A stretch of 64,000 nucleotides of DNA from Burkholderiales bacterium (GCA_035651575.1 DASRFM010000034.1:34932-98931); one strand, 5' to 3'. Counted from the stretch's first letter, positions 19,807 to 30,257 are shown. A program made the numbers and translations. Notes: a model not told the origin generated them from the letters alone.

Positions 19807-20229
19807 CTAGCCCTTCTCCACGGGCAGGCCAGCCTGCTGCCAGGCCGGCAGGCCGCCGCTCAGGTTCACCACGCGGCCGAAGCCGAGCTTCTTCAGCGCC
19901 GCCGCGGCCTTCGCGGCGCGCTCGCCGCCGTCGCAGTAGACGATGAGCGGCTTCTCCCTGCGCTTGGCGAGGTCCCCGGATCCGTCCATGCGCGAGAGGG
20001 GCACGTTGCGCGCGCCGAGGATGTGACCCGAGCCGTACTCGCCGGGTTCCCGCACGTCGAGCACGAGCGCGTCCTCGCGGTTGATGAGCAGCGTCGCCTG
20101 CTGCGGGCTCACCCACGGGCCGCCGGTCGCGCGCCGGATGAACGGCCACACCAGCATCGCGCCCGAGACGAGCGCGACCGCGATGAGCAGCAGGTTGTTG
20201 CGGATGAAGTCGACGGGAATGTGTTCCAC
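19807..20229 (-). CDS. Rhodanese-domain protein with N-terminal TM anchor
   Basis: ..[35 protein letters not shown].. (active-site Cys loop). Confidence 0.88.
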   Translation of the reverse strand: MEHIPVDFIRNNLLLIAVALVSGAMLVWPFIRRATGGPWVSPQQATLLINREDALVLDVREPGEYGSGHILGARNVPLSRMDGSGDLAKRREKPLIVYCDGGERAAKAAAALKKLGFGRVVNLSGGLPAWQQAGLPVEKG

Positions 20230-20255
20230 GGGAGCCGATCATTATAATTCAGCGC

Positions 20256-20996
20256 ATGCACCGGCTCGTGCTCCTGCGCCACGGCGAATCGGACTGGAAC
20301 CGCGAGAACCGCTTCACCGGCTGGACCGACGTCGATCTGTCGCAGGCGGGGCTGCAGGAGGCGCGCGCCGCCGGGCGGCTGCTCCAATCGGGCGGCCATC
20401 GCTTCGATCTCGCCTTCACCTCGGTGCTCAAGCGCGCGATCCGCACGCTGTGGATCGCGCTCGAGGAGCTCGACCTCATGTGGATCCCGGTCGAGAAGAG
20501 CTGGCGGCTGAACGAGCGCCATTACGGCGCGCTGCAGGGGCTGAATAAGGCGGAGATGGCGGCGAAATTCGGCGAGGAGCAGGTGCTCGCCTGGCGGCGC
20601 AGCTACGACACGCCGCCGCCGGCGCTCGCGGCAGACGATCCGCGGAGCGAGGCGCGCGATCCGCGCTACGCCGGCGTGCCCGTCCCGGCGAGCGAATGCC
20701 TCAAGGACACCGTGGCGCGCGTCGTGCCGTACTGGGAGAGCACGCTCGCGCCCGCGATCCGCTCCGGGCGGCAGGTGCTGGTCGCGGCGCACGGCAACTC
20801 CCTGCGCGCGCTGGTCAAGTACCTGGACGGCGTCAGCGACCGCGACATCGTCGGGCTCAACATCCCGACCGCGGTGCCGCTCGTGTACGAGCTCGACGCG
20901 GGCCTGCGGCCGCTCAAGCACTACTACCTCGGGGACGCCGCCGAGATCGCGAAGCGCGTCGCCTCGGTCGCGGCGCAAGGGAAAGCCAGAGCCTGA
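20256..20996 (+). CDS. gpmA: 2,3-bisphosphoglycerate-dependent phosphoglycerate mutase
   Basis: [25 protein letters not shown] (His-phosphatase RHGE motif). Confidence 0.95.
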   Translation: MHRLVLLRHGESDWNRENRFTGWTDVDLSQAGLQEARAAGRLLQSGGHRFDLAFTSVLKRAIRTLWIALEELDLMWIPVEKSWRLNERHYGALQGLNKAEMAAKFGEEQVLAWRRSYDTPPPALAADDPRSEARDPRYAGVPVPASECLKDTVARVVPYWESTLAPAIRSGRQVLVAAHGNSLRALVKYLDGVSDRDIVGLNIPTAVPLVYELDAGLRPLKHYYLGDAAEIAKRVASVAAQGKARA

Positions 20997-22132
20997 AGCG
21001 GCTCGCGCTCCTTCTCCTCATGGCATCCGCCGGCGCGGCTTTCGGCGCCGAGCGCGAGCAGGACCTGCAGAGCCTGCGCACGCGGATCGACGCGCTCAGC
21101 CGCTCGCTGCAGGAAAAGGAAGAGCAGCGCAGCGAGGCGCGCGACGCCCTGCGCGCCTCCGAGCGCGCCATCTCGGAGGCGAACCGCGCGCTCGCCGCCG
21201 CCGAGGCGGAAAGCGCGCGCCTGCGGGTCGAGAGCGGCCGCATCGCGGAGCGGCGCGCGCAGGTCGCGCGCGAGGCCGTGGCGCGGCAGGCGGGCATCGA
21301 GCGCATGCTCCTCGCGCGGCAAAGCGCCGGCACGCCGGACGCGCTGCGCGTGCTGCTCTCCGGCGACGACCCGGGGCTGCTCGCGCACGAGCTGCACTAC
21401 CTGCCCTACGTGTCGGGCGCGGCGGCGGAGCTGCTGCGCGGCTACCGCGCGGCGCTCGAGGAGTTCGAGCGCCTCGCGCGCGAGGCCCGGACGCGGCGCG
21501 AGCGCAGCCGCGCGCTCGAGGAGGCGCGCCGCACCGAGCGCGCCCGCATCCTCGCCGAGCGCAAGGAGAAGCGCCGCGTGTTCGACCGCGCCGCCGTCGA
21601 GATCCGCAGGAGCCGCCGCGAAATCAAGGTGCTGCGCGCCGACGAGGCGCGCCTCGCGCGGCTCGTCGAGGAGATCGGCCGCGTGGTCTATGCGCGCGTC
21701 AGCGAGGTTCCCGAGAGCGCCTCGCTTAAGGCGCCCTTCTCGTCGCTGCGCGGCAAGCTGCGCTTTCCGGTGCGCGGGGAACTGACCGGGCGCTTCGGCG
21801 CTCCAAGGGGAGCAGCCGGCGCGGAATCCAAGGGCGTGTTCATCCGCGCGCCCGAGGGCCAGCCGGTGCGCGCCGTGGCCGCCGGGCAGGTCGTCTATGC
21901 CGACTGGATGCGCGGCTTCGGCAACCTGCTCATCGTGGACCACGGGGAGAAATACCTGTCGATCTATGCCAACAACGAGTCGCTGCTCAAGCAGGTGGGC
22001 GACGCCGTGGCGCAGGGCGAGCCCGTCGCGACGACCGGCGCGAGCGGGGGCAACGAGGAAACCGGTCTATACTTCGAATTGCGGCATCTGGGCCGCGCCT
22101 TCGACCCGCTGCGGTGGGTCAAGCTGAAATAA
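20993..22132 (+). CDS. EnvC-like coiled-coil / M23 (LytM) peptidase-domain protein; probable CTG start
   Basis: 3' part of ORF 20696..22132. Signal peptide (L->M)[17 protein letters not shown]|[10 protein letters not shown] starts at CTG 20993. Long coiled coil, then ..[26 protein letters not shown].. (LytM fold). Confidence 0.8.
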   Translation: MKRLALLLLMASAGAAFGAEREQDLQSLRTRIDALSRSLQEKEEQRSEARDALRASERAISEANRALAAAEAESARLRVESGRIAERRAQVAREAVARQAGIERMLLARQSAGTPDALRVLLSGDDPGLLAHELHYLPYVSGAAAELLRGYRAALEEFERLAREARTRRERSRALEEARRTERARILAERKEKRRVFDRAAVEIRRSRREIKVLRADEARLARLVEEIGRVVYARVSEVPESASLKAPFSSLRGKLRFPVRGELTGRFGAPRGAAGAESKGVFIRAPEGQPVRAVAAGQVVYADWMRGFGNLLIVDHGEKYLSIYANNESLLKQVGDAVAQGEPVATTGASGGNEETGLYFELRHLGRAFDPLRWVKLK

Positions 22133-22155
22133 GCACTCCCCCGGGCCTTCACGCT

Positions 22156-23592
22156 ATGCACACCAAGCTTCGCAACCTCGGATTCGTCCTCGTCGGCGTC
22201 ATCGCGGGCATCCTCGTCAGCCTGAATTTCCAGGCGATCGCCGACCTCAAGACCGGCCGCCCGACGCTGCCGATCGACGAGCTGCGCGCGTTCACCGAGG
22301 TGTTCGGCGCGATCAAGACCAACTACGTCGAGCCGGTCGAGGACAAGAAGCTCATCACCGAGGCGATCAACGGCATGCTCACCGGCCTCGACCCGCACTC
22401 CGCGTATCTCGACGCCGAGGCGTTCAAGGAGCTGCAGGTCGGCACCCAGGGGCAGTTCGGCGGCCTCGGCATCGAGGTCGGCATGGAGGACGGCTTCGTC
22501 AAGGTGATCTCGCCGATCGAGGACACGCCGGCGTTCAAGGCCGGCATCAAGCCGGGCGACCTCATTATCAAGCTCGACGAGACGCCGGTGAAGGGCATGA
22601 CGCTCAACGACGCCGTGAAGAAGATGCGCGGCAAGCCGAACACCACCATCACGCTCACCATCTCGCGCAAGGGCGAGAGCGCGCCGCTCGTGGTGACGCT
22701 CACGCGCGCGGTGATCAAGGTGCAGAGCGTCAAGGCGAAGGTGATCGAGCCGGGCTACGGCTGGGTGCGCGTGTCGCAGTTCCAGGAAGGCACCGCCGAG
22801 GCGATGGAGAAGGCGCTCGAGAGCATGTTCAAGCAGGGGCAGATCAAGGGCCTGGTGCTCGACCTGCGCAACGACCCGGGCGGCCTGCTGCACGGCGCGG
22901 TGGCGATCTCCGCGGCGTTCCTGCAGCCCAAGGCGCTCGTCGTCTCCACCGACGGCCGCGCCGAGGACGCCAAGAAGAAGTTCTTCGCCAGCCCGGACGA
23001 CTACGCGCGCGGCAGCCGCGGCGAGGACGTGCTGAAGAACCTGCCGGCGGCGGTGAAGAGCGTGCCGATGGTGGTGCTCGTGAACGGCGGCTCGGCGTCG
23101 GCCTCCGAGATCGTCGCCGGCGCGCTGCAGGACCACAAGCGCGCGGTGCTGATCGGGACGCAGACCTTCGGCAAGGGCTCGGTGCAGACCATCATGCCGC
23201 TCGGCAACAACACCGCCATCAAGCTCACCACGGCGCGCTACTACACGCCCGGCGGGCGCTCGATCCAGGCGCGCGGCATCACCCCCGACATCATCGTCGA
23301 CGAGCCGGGCGCGCCGCAGGACCGCATCCGCGAGGCCGACCTGCAGCGCCACCTCGAGAACCTGCAGAAGATCGAGAAGCAGGAGGCCGACAAGGCCGCG
23401 AAGAGCGGCACCACGCCGCCGCCCGCGGTGAGCGCGATCGCCGCGCCGCAGCCGCCGCAGAAGCCGATCGAGCTCGGCTCGAAGGACGACTTCCAGCTCG
23501 CGCAGGCGCTCAACTACCTCAAGGGCGCGCCGGTCGTGAAGACGCCGCCGCCCCCGGTCGCCGAGAACAAGCCGGCGTCCACCACCAACTAG
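22156..23592 (+). CDS. ctpA: Carboxy-terminal processing protease (S41) with PDZ domain
   Basis: In-frame ATG 22156 (MHTKLRNLGFVLVGV..). ..FGGLGIEV.. (PDZ), ..VLVNGGSASASEIVAGAL.. (Ser nucleophile), ..TFGKGSVQ.. (Lys). Confidence 0.92.
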   Translation: MHTKLRNLGFVLVGVIAGILVSLNFQAIADLKTGRPTLPIDELRAFTEVFGAIKTNYVEPVEDKKLITEAINGMLTGLDPHSAYLDAEAFKELQVGTQGQFGGLGIEVGMEDGFVKVISPIEDTPAFKAGIKPGDLIIKLDETPVKGMTLNDAVKKMRGKPNTTITLTISRKGESAPLVVTLTRAVIKVQSVKAKVIEPGYGWVRVSQFQEGTAEAMEKALESMFKQGQIKGLVLDLRNDPGGLLHGAVAISAAFLQPKALVVSTDGRAEDAKKKFFASPDDYARGSRGEDVLKNLPAAVKSVPMVVLVNGGSASASEIVAGALQDHKRAVLIGTQTFGKGSVQTIMPLGNNTAIKLTTARYYTPGGRSIQARGITPDIIVDEPGAPQDRIREADLQRHLENLQKIEKQEADKAAKSGTTPPPAVSAIAAPQPPQKPIELGSKDDFQLAQALNYLKGAPVVKTPPPPVAENKPASTTN

Positions 23593-23603
23593 AAACCGGC
23601 GAA

Positions 23604-24350
23604 CTGAACGACGAGCAGCTTCTCCGCTACAGCCGCCACATCCTCCTTCCCGAGATCGGGGTGGAGGGGCAGGAGAAGCTGCGCGCCGCCCACGCCCTCG
23701 TCGTCGGCGCGGGCGGACTCGGCTGCCCGGCGGCGCTTTACCTCGCGGCGAGCGGCTTCGGCCGCCTGACGCTCGCCGACCCCGACGCGGTCGAGCTCAC
23801 CAACCTGCAGCGCCAGATCCTGTACCGCACCGAGAGCATCGGCCGGCGCAAGGTCGACGCCGCGCTCGAGACGCTCGAGCGCTTCAACCCGGAAGTGGAG
23901 ATCCGCCCGGTGCCGCTGCGCCTCGACGCGCGCGCGCTCGAAACGACGGCGGCGCAGTGCGACGTCGTGCTCGACTGCTCCGACAACTTCGCGACGCGCC
24001 ATGCGGTCAACCGCGCCTGCGTGCGCCACGCGAAGCCGCTCGTGTCCGGCGCCGCGATCCGCTTCGACGGGCAGATCGCGGTCTTCGACCTGTCGAAGAA
24101 GGCGTCCGCCTGCTATGCCTGCGTGTTTCCCGAGGGCGGCGAGGGCGAGGAGCTGCGCTGCGCGGTGACCGGCGTGTTCGCGCCGCTCACCGGCATCATC
24201 GGCGCGATGCAGGCGATGGAGGCGATCAAGCTCGTCGCCGGCGCGGGCGAGACGCTCGCCGGCCGGCTGCTCATCCTCGACGCGAAGAGCGCGGAGTGGC
24301 GCTCGGTCCGGGTCAGGAAGGACCCGGAGTGCCCGGTATGCGGCGCGTGA
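23604..24350 (+). CDS. moeB: MoeB/ThiF-family adenylyltransferase; probable CTG start
   Basis: The track ORF starts at GTG 23661 (..VEGQEKL). The frame is open upstream and encodes (L->M)NDEQLLRYSRHILLPEIG, the conserved MoeB N-terminus, starting at CTG 23604. GAGGLGCPAALYLAASG. Cys pairs C..CYAC and CPVCG. Confidence 0.82.
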   Translation: MNDEQLLRYSRHILLPEIGVEGQEKLRAAHALVVGAGGLGCPAALYLAASGFGRLTLADPDAVELTNLQRQILYRTESIGRRKVDAALETLERFNPEVEIRPVPLRLDARALETTAAQCDVVLDCSDNFATRHAVNRACVRHAKPLVSGAAIRFDGQIAVFDLSKKASACYACVFPEGGEGEELRCAVTGVFAPLTGIIGAMQAMEAIKLVAGAGETLAGRLLILDAKSAEWRSVRVRKDPECPVCGA

Positions 24351-24933
24351 GCATCGGGAAGTGCGTGACGCGGCCGGAGAAGCGCGGCAGCCGCTCGAAG
24401 TGCGCGCGCATCGCGCGCCGCTCCGCGGAGTCGAGCGCCGCGCTCAGCGCCGCGGGGCTGTCGAACGCGACCTTGTTCCGCTGCAGCGAGCGCAGCCGCG
24501 CGCCGGGCATGCGCCCGGCCCAGTCGATCGCGCTATAGACCTCGAGCTCGCGGATTCCCGGCAGCCGCAGCATGAGCGCCGGGTGATGCGCGAGGTAATC
24601 GGCGAGCCACGCCTGCGGATCCTCGGCCGGGCCTTCGTAGCGCACGAGGTAGGTGCACCACGGCTGCGGCATCTCCGCGCGCGCGAAACGCCGCACCGCC
24701 ATCGCTTCATGGCTCGCCACGCCCGCGGGCCAGGCGACCTGCGCCGCGGCGGCCTCGAGATCGGCGAGCTCGCTGAAGTAGAGCTGCAGCACCGTCGCGG
24801 GCGGTGCGCCGTCGTCGAGAAAAGGGTCGCGCGCCTGCGCCGCGGTGTGCACGAGCGCCTCGCGCAGGCCGCGCGCCGCTGCGAGGGAAGGCGGCCCGCC
24901 GGAGGCGAGCTCGACGAACAGGCAAAAGCTCAA
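24313..24933 (-). CDS. EthD/TIGR02118-like dimeric alpha-beta-barrel protein (two tandem halves)
   Basis: TTG 24933 overlaps the slmA stop (TTGA). The C-terminal half ..CTYLVRYEGPAEDPQAWLADYLAHHPALMLRLPGIRELEVYS..VAFDSPAALSAAL.. resembles EthD-type proteins. Confidence 0.45.
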   Translation of the reverse strand: MSFCLFVELASGGPPSLAAARGLREALVHTAAQARDPFLDDGAPPATVLQLYFSELADLEAAAAQVAWPAGVASHEAMAVRRFARAEMPQPWCTYLVRYEGPAEDPQAWLADYLAHHPALMLRLPGIRELEVYSAIDWAGRMPGARLRSLQRNKVAFDSPAALSAALDSAERRAMRAHFERLPRFSGRVTHFPMLTRRIPGTPGPS

Positions 24934-25493
24934 GCCTGCTCGGCGATGAGGTAGCGCCGCTGCGCGGTGAAGTTCTCGGACGGCTTCTTCGCGAAGCCGC
25001 TCTTCGCGTACTGGTGCAGGCAGCCGATGCTGTAGCGCACGAGCGCGCCGGCGTGCGCCGCCGGGTCTGGATCCTGCGCTGCCCGCAGCGACTGCTTCAG
25101 CGTGGCCTCGAAGCGGTCGAAGAACTGGTTCATCCGCGCCTGCAGCCGCTCGTGCTCGCCCACCAGCGCATCGCCGGTCATGACGCGCACCATGCCGGGA
25201 TTCTTCTCGGCGAAGGCGAGCAGCATCTCGGTCAGCTGGTCGGCCTGGCGGCGGCCGTCGGGCTCGTCCTGGGAGATGCGGTTCGCGACCGTGAAGACCG
25301 AGCTCTCGATGAACTCGATGAGCCCCTCGTACATCTGCGCCTTGGAGGCGAAATGCCGGTAGAGCGCGGCTTCCGAGACTTCCAGCCTCTCCGCGAGGGC
25401 CGCGGTGGTGATGCGCTCCCACTTCGGGGCCTCGAGCATGTGCGCGAGGGCTTTCAGGATGTCTAGCCGGCGTTCGCCTTTGGCTCGGGGCAT
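24930..25493 (-). CDS. slmA: Nucleoid occlusion factor SlmA (TetR family)
   Basis: Collinear with E. coli SlmA: ..RRLDILKALAHMLEAPKWERITTAALAERLEVSEAALYRHFASKAQMYEGLIEFIESS..NPGMVRVMTGDALVGEHERLQARMNQFFDRFE.. Confidence 0.85.
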   Translation of the reverse strand: MPRAKGERRLDILKALAHMLEAPKWERITTAALAERLEVSEAALYRHFASKAQMYEGLIEFIESSVFTVANRISQDEPDGRRQADQLTEMLLAFAEKNPGMVRVMTGDALVGEHERLQARMNQFFDRFEATLKQSLRAAQDPDPAAHAGALVRYSIGCLHQYAKSGFAKKPSENFTAQRRYLIAEQA

Positions 25494-25522
25494 GGGGAGG
25501 GGAGAACGCGCGGATTGTATGC

Positions 25523-26185
25523 TCAGGCCTGTCGGAACACCAAGCGGGGAAGCTCGGTGATCGACGCGACGCGCAGGTCGACGAACCTGACGCGGCGCGC
25601 AATCGGGCTCACCCAGACCGTCGACATGCCGAGGCGGTGCGCGGTGCGCAGGTTCTCGAGCGCATCGTCGATGAAGGCGCAGCGCCGGGCGTCGAGATCG
25701 TGCTTGCGCAGAATGTAGTGGAATCCGTGCAGGGCCGGCTTGCCGCGGTAGCGCGCGTCCTCGATGCTGTAGACCGCGTCGAAGTAGCGCCGCACGCCGA
25801 GCGCGTCGAGCACCCCCTCGACGTAGTGCCGCGGCGCGTTGGAATAGAGGAGCTTGCGCCCGGCCAGGCGGCCGAGCGCATGGCGCATGGCGTTCTCCGA
25901 GACGACCATGGCCGCGAGCTCGGGGAAGGCGTGCGTCTCGGCAAGGAAGCGCCGCGGGTCCTCGCCGTGGTGGCGCATCAGGCCGTTCAGCGTCGTGCCG
26001 TAGCGCTGCCAGAAGCGCGTGCGCATCGCGTTCGCGCCCGCCTCGTCCACGCCGAAGCGGCGCTGCAGGTAGGCGTTGATCTGGTCGTGCATCGCGGGAA
26101 AGATGCGCGCCCGCGCATCGTGCAGCGTGTTGTCGAGGTCGAAAATCCACACCCGCCTCGAGGGAGGCAGCCGGGCGATGCGCAC
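25523..26185 (-). CDS. HAD-IA pyrimidine 5'-nucleotidase-like hydrolase
   Basis: Motif I WIFDLDNTLH. ..LLYSNAP.. and ..AFIDDALENL... The argB-HAD-slmA order is typical of beta-proteobacteria. Confidence 0.8.
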   Translation of the reverse strand: MRIARLPPSRRVWIFDLDNTLHDARARIFPAMHDQINAYLQRRFGVDEAGANAMRTRFWQRYGTTLNGLMRHHGEDPRRFLAETHAFPELAAMVVSENAMRHALGRLAGRKLLYSNAPRHYVEGVLDALGVRRYFDAVYSIEDARYRGKPALHGFHYILRKHDLDARRCAFIDDALENLRTAHRLGMSTVWVSPIARRVRFVDLRVASITELPRLVFRQA

Positions 26186-26188
26186 GCG

Positions 26189-27106
<918 letters not shown>

Positions 27107-27111
27107 CTATA

Positions 27112-27140
27112 CAAACAAAAAAGGGCCGGCGGACCGGCCC
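27112..27140 (-). terminator. Rho-independent terminator of hsp20
   Basis: Minus strand reads GGGCCGG-tccg-CCGGCCC followed by TTTTTTGTTTG, about 27 nt after the hsp20 stop. Confidence 0.75.
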
Positions 27141-27166
27141 TCTCCCGATGCAGCGGAAAAGGCGGA

Positions 27167-27595
27167 TTACTGGATCGTGATCTGCTTGCGCTGCGCCGCC
27201 GCCTTCTTGGGCAGCGTCAGCTCGAGCACGCCGTCGCGGAACTTCGCCTGGGCGCTCGCCTCGTCGACTTCCTGCGGCAGCGTGAAGCTGCGCGTCACCT
27301 TGCCGAACACGCGCTCGGTATGCAGCACGCGCTCGTCCTGCGATGCTTCCTTCTCCTGCTTGACCTCGGCGGCGAGGGTCACCTGCGCGCCGTCGATCGA
27401 GACCTGGATGTCTTCCTTCCGGACTCCCGGAAGCTCGGCGCTCACCTTGTACTCGCCGTTCTTCTCCGCGACGTCCACCTTCATGCGCGCAAGCGCTTCG
27501 CCGCGGCCTTCGTAGGCGAGCGGGCGCACCAGGAAGCCGCGGAACAGGTCATCGACCAGATCATTGAACGGGTCAAATCGCGTAACGTTGGCCAT
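27167..27595 (-). CDS. Small heat-shock protein (Hsp20/alpha-crystallin)
   Basis: ..MKVDVAEKNGEYKVSAELPGVRKEDIQVSIDGAQVTL..FTLPQEVDEASAQAKFRDGVLELTLPK.. Confidence 0.93.
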   Translation of the reverse strand: MANVTRFDPFNDLVDDLFRGFLVRPLAYEGRGEALARMKVDVAEKNGEYKVSAELPGVRKEDIQVSIDGAQVTLAAEVKQEKEASQDERVLHTERVFGKVTRSFTLPQEVDEASAQAKFRDGVLELTLPKKAAAQRKQITIQ

Positions 27596-27638
27596 AGGGC
27601 TCTCCTTTCGATCCGGGGCTGCTGCCCCGCTTCTCTCG

Positions 27639-27666
27639 ATGTAGGGGCGCCCACGGAGGTTTCAAG
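27639..27666 (-). promoter_or_regulatory. Sigma32-type promoter of hsp20
   Basis: Minus strand reads CTTGAAA-N12-CCCCTACAT (compare consensus CTTGAAA-N13-14-CCCCATnT). It lies about 40 nt upstream of the AAGGAGA Shine-Dalgarno and ATG 27595. Confidence 0.55.
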
Positions 27667-27689
27667 CCCCCGGCTAGAATTCCTCGGGC

Positions 27690-28238
27690 ATGAAGGACTT
27701 CCGCACCCGGCTGGAGGAGGAGCGCCCCTACCTCGTGCGCTACGCGCGGTTGCAGCTGCGGGATGCGGCGGCCGCGGAGGACGCAGTGCAGGAGGCGCTG
27801 CTCGCGGCGCTCGCCGGCGAGTCGGGCTTCGGCGGGCGCTCGAACCTGCGTACCTGGCTCACCGGGATCCTCAAGCACAAGATCGTGGATGCGGTGCGCC
27901 GCGCCGCCCGCGAAGCGCCGCTGGGCGGGGAAGAGGGCGACGAGGCGTTCGAGGCGCTCTTCGACGAGCGCGGCCACTGGCGCGAGTTTCCCTCGGAGTG
28001 GACCGATCCGGACGCCTCGCTCTCGCAGAAGCAGTTCTTCGCCGCCCTCGAGCAGTGCCTCGAGAGGCTGCCCTCGAAGACGGCGCGGGTCTTCCTGCTG
28101 CGCGAGCACATGGGCTTCGACACTGACGAAATCTGTAAGGAACTCGGCATTACCTCGACGCATTGCTGGGTGCTGCTGTATCGCGCGCGCATGGCGCTGC
28201 GCGAATGCCTCGACATGAACTGGTTCGGAAAGAAGTGA
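27690..28238 (+). CDS. ECF-type RNA polymerase sigma factor
   Basis: Region 2 ..AEDAVQEALLAAL..RTWLTGILKHKIVD... Region 4 ..ARVFLLREHMGFDTDEICKELGITSTHCWVLLYRARMALR.. Confidence 0.9.
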   Translation: MKDFRTRLEEERPYLVRYARLQLRDAAAAEDAVQEALLAALAGESGFGGRSNLRTWLTGILKHKIVDAVRRAAREAPLGGEEGDEAFEALFDERGHWREFPSEWTDPDASLSQKQFFAALEQCLERLPSKTARVFLLREHMGFDTDEICKELGITSTHCWVLLYRARMALRECLDMNWFGKK

Positions 28239-28411
28239 TGCTCAATTGCCGCGAAACGACGCGCCTCGTCTCCCAGGGCCTCGACCGCAGGCTCGGCTTC
28301 GCCGAGCGGGTGGCCGTGCGCGTGCATCTTGCGATCTGCAAAGGCTGCGCGCGCTTTGCCCGGCAGGCTCGCTTCCTGCGCAAAGCCGTCCGTGAGCTCG
28401 GATCGTCCTGA
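28238..28411 (+). CDS. Short zf-HC2 anti-sigma factor (57 aa, no TM)
   Basis: ATG 28238 overlaps the sigma gene stop (TGATG). Sequence MLNCRETTRLVSQGLDRRLGFAERVAVRVHLAICKGCARFARQ.. with the H-x3-C-x2-C motif. Confidence 0.8.
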   Translation: MLNCRETTRLVSQGLDRRLGFAERVAVRVHLAICKGCARFARQARFLRKAVRELGSS

Positions 28412-28583
28412 GAAGCGCTGCGCCGCCTGCGGCGCGCCTTTCCACTGCGGCGCCGCCGACCCGTAGAAGCCGTGCTGGTGCGCGAGCCTGCCTCCCGTGC
28501 GCCCCCGGCCGGAGATGAACTGCCTTTGCCCGACGTGCCTCGAAGAGGCCGCGCGGGAACAGGCCAAGCATGAAGCTCAATGA
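28392..28583 (+). pseudogene. Cysteine-rich CWC-family gene interrupted by an in-frame TAG (28464..28466)
   Basis: A single frame reads [62 protein letters not shown]. This matches the C..CG..F.CG....CWC..LP....C.CP.CL pattern of CWC proteins on both sides of the stop. Confidence 0.65.
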
Positions 28584-28959
28584 AGCGCTGCTGCGGTCGC
28601 TGCCCGACCAGGGCCCGGTCGTCATGCTCAACCTCGTGCGCTTCCGCGCCCAGTCTGCCGACGGCGAGGGCAGCGGCCGGGACGCATACCTGCGCTACAG
28701 CGTCGCCGCCATGCGACTCATCAAGGCGCGCGGCGGCACGGTGCTCTGGGCGGGCGACGTGGAAGGCGCGGCGCTGGGCGATCCCTCCGGGCAGCGCTGG
28801 GACTACGCCGTCCTCGTGCGCTATCCGTCGCGCGCGGCGTTTCTCGGAATGATGACTTCAGCCGAGTACGCGCGCGCCAACGTCCATCGCGAGAACGGCC
28901 TGGAGGACCATGTGATCCTCGCTACCAGCGAAACCTACAGCAAGCTCTACAAGACGTAG
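28570..28959 (+). CDS. DUF1330 domain protein
   Basis: ..[61 protein letters not shown].. Confidence 0.8.
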   Translation: MKLNEALLRSLPDQGPVVMLNLVRFRAQSADGEGSGRDAYLRYSVAAMRLIKARGGTVLWAGDVEGAALGDPSGQRWDYAVLVRYPSRAAFLGMMTSAEYARANVHRENGLEDHVILATSETYSKLYKT

Positions 28960-30257
28960 CGCGCGAGATCCTCGTCTTTCGAGAGCTCGCCGAGGCGCGC
29001 GTCGACGTAGGCGGCATCGATAGTCACCGCGGCGGCGCCGCGCTTCCCGGCCTCGAACGAGATCTCCTCCAGCAGCTTCTCGAGCACCGTGTAGAGCCGG
29101 CGCGCGCCGATGTTCTCCGTCTTCTCGTTCACCTGGAAGGCGATCTCCGCCAGCCGGCGGATCGCCTCCGGGCGGAAGTCGAGGGCGACGCCTTCGGTCG
29201 CGAGAAGCGCCTGGTACTGCTTGACCTGGCTCGCGTGGGTCGACACCAGGATGCGCTCGAAGTCCTCCACCGAGAGCGAGTCGAGCTCGACGCGGATCGG
29301 GAAGCGCCCCTGCAGCTCCGGGATCAGGTCCGAGGGCTTGGCGAGGTGGAAGGCGCCCGAGGCGATGAAGAGGATGTGGTCGGTCTTCACCATGCCGTAC
29401 TTCGTCGTGACCGTCGTGCCCTCGACGAGCGGCAGCAGGTCGCGCTGCACGCCCTGGCGCGACACGTCCGCGCCCTGTATCTCGGAGCGGCTCGTGATCT
29501 TGTCGATCTCGTCGAGGAAGACGATGCCGTTCTGCTCGGCGTTCGCGAGCGCGCGGGCCTTCAGGTCCTCGTCGTTCACGAGGCGCGCCGCCTCCTCGTC
29601 GGTGAGGAGCCGCGCCGCCTCGCGCACCCGCATCTTGCGCAGGCGCTTCCTGCCGCCGCCGAGGTTGGAGAACATGCCCTGGATCTGGCTCGTGAGCTCC
29701 TCCATGCCCGGCGGCGCCAGGATCTCCATCTGCGGCTGGCTCATCGCCACCTCGATCTCGACCTCGCGCTCGTCGAGCTCGCCCTCGCGCAGCTTCTTGC
29801 GGAACTTCTGCCGCGTCGGGTTTTCCTCGGCGCCGCGCTCCTGGAAGCCCACCAGCACGTCGAGGATGCGGTCCTCGGCGGCCTCCTCGGCGCGCGTGCG
29901 CACGCCGCGCATCGCCTGCTCGCGCGTCTGCTTGACGCTGATCTCCACCAGGTCGCGCACGATGGTGTCGACGTCGCGCCCGACGTAGCCCACCTCGGTG
30001 AACTTGGTCGCCTCGACCTTGATGAACGGCGCGTCGGCGAGCCGGGCGAGGCGGCGCGCGATCTCGGTCTTGCCCACCCCCGTGGGGCCGATCATCAGGA
30101 TGTTCTTGGGCGTGATCTCCTGGCGCAGCGGCTCGGCGACCTGCTGGCGGCGCCAGCGGTTCCGCAGCGCGATCGCGACCGCACGCTTCGCCCTGCCCTG
30201 CCCCACGATGAAATTATCGAGCTCGTGAACGATTTCTTGCGGAGTCATTCCGCTCAT
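28947..30257 (-). CDS. hslU: ATP-dependent protease ATPase subunit HslU
   Basis: Starts [34 protein letters not shown]. Walker [16 protein letters not shown]. Confidence 0.97.
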   Translation of the reverse strand: MSGMTPQEIVHELDNFIVGQGRAKRAVAIALRNRWRRQQVAEPLRQEITPKNILMIGPTGVGKTEIARRLARLADAPFIKVEATKFTEVGYVGRDVDTIVRDLVEISVKQTREQAMRGVRTRAEEAAEDRILDVLVGFQERGAEENPTRQKFRKKLREGELDEREVEIEVAMSQPQMEILAPPGMEELTSQIQGMFSNLGGGRKRLRKMRVREAARLLTDEEAARLVNDEDLKARALANAEQNGIVFLDEIDKITSRSEIQGADVSRQGVQRDLLPLVEGTTVTTKYGMVKTDHILFIASGAFHLAKPSDLIPELQGRFPIRVELDSLSVEDFERILVSTHASQVKQYQALLATEGVALDFRPEAIRRLAEIAFQVNEKTENIGARRLYTVLEKLLEEISFEAGKRGAAAVTIDAAYVDARLGELSKDEDLARYVL

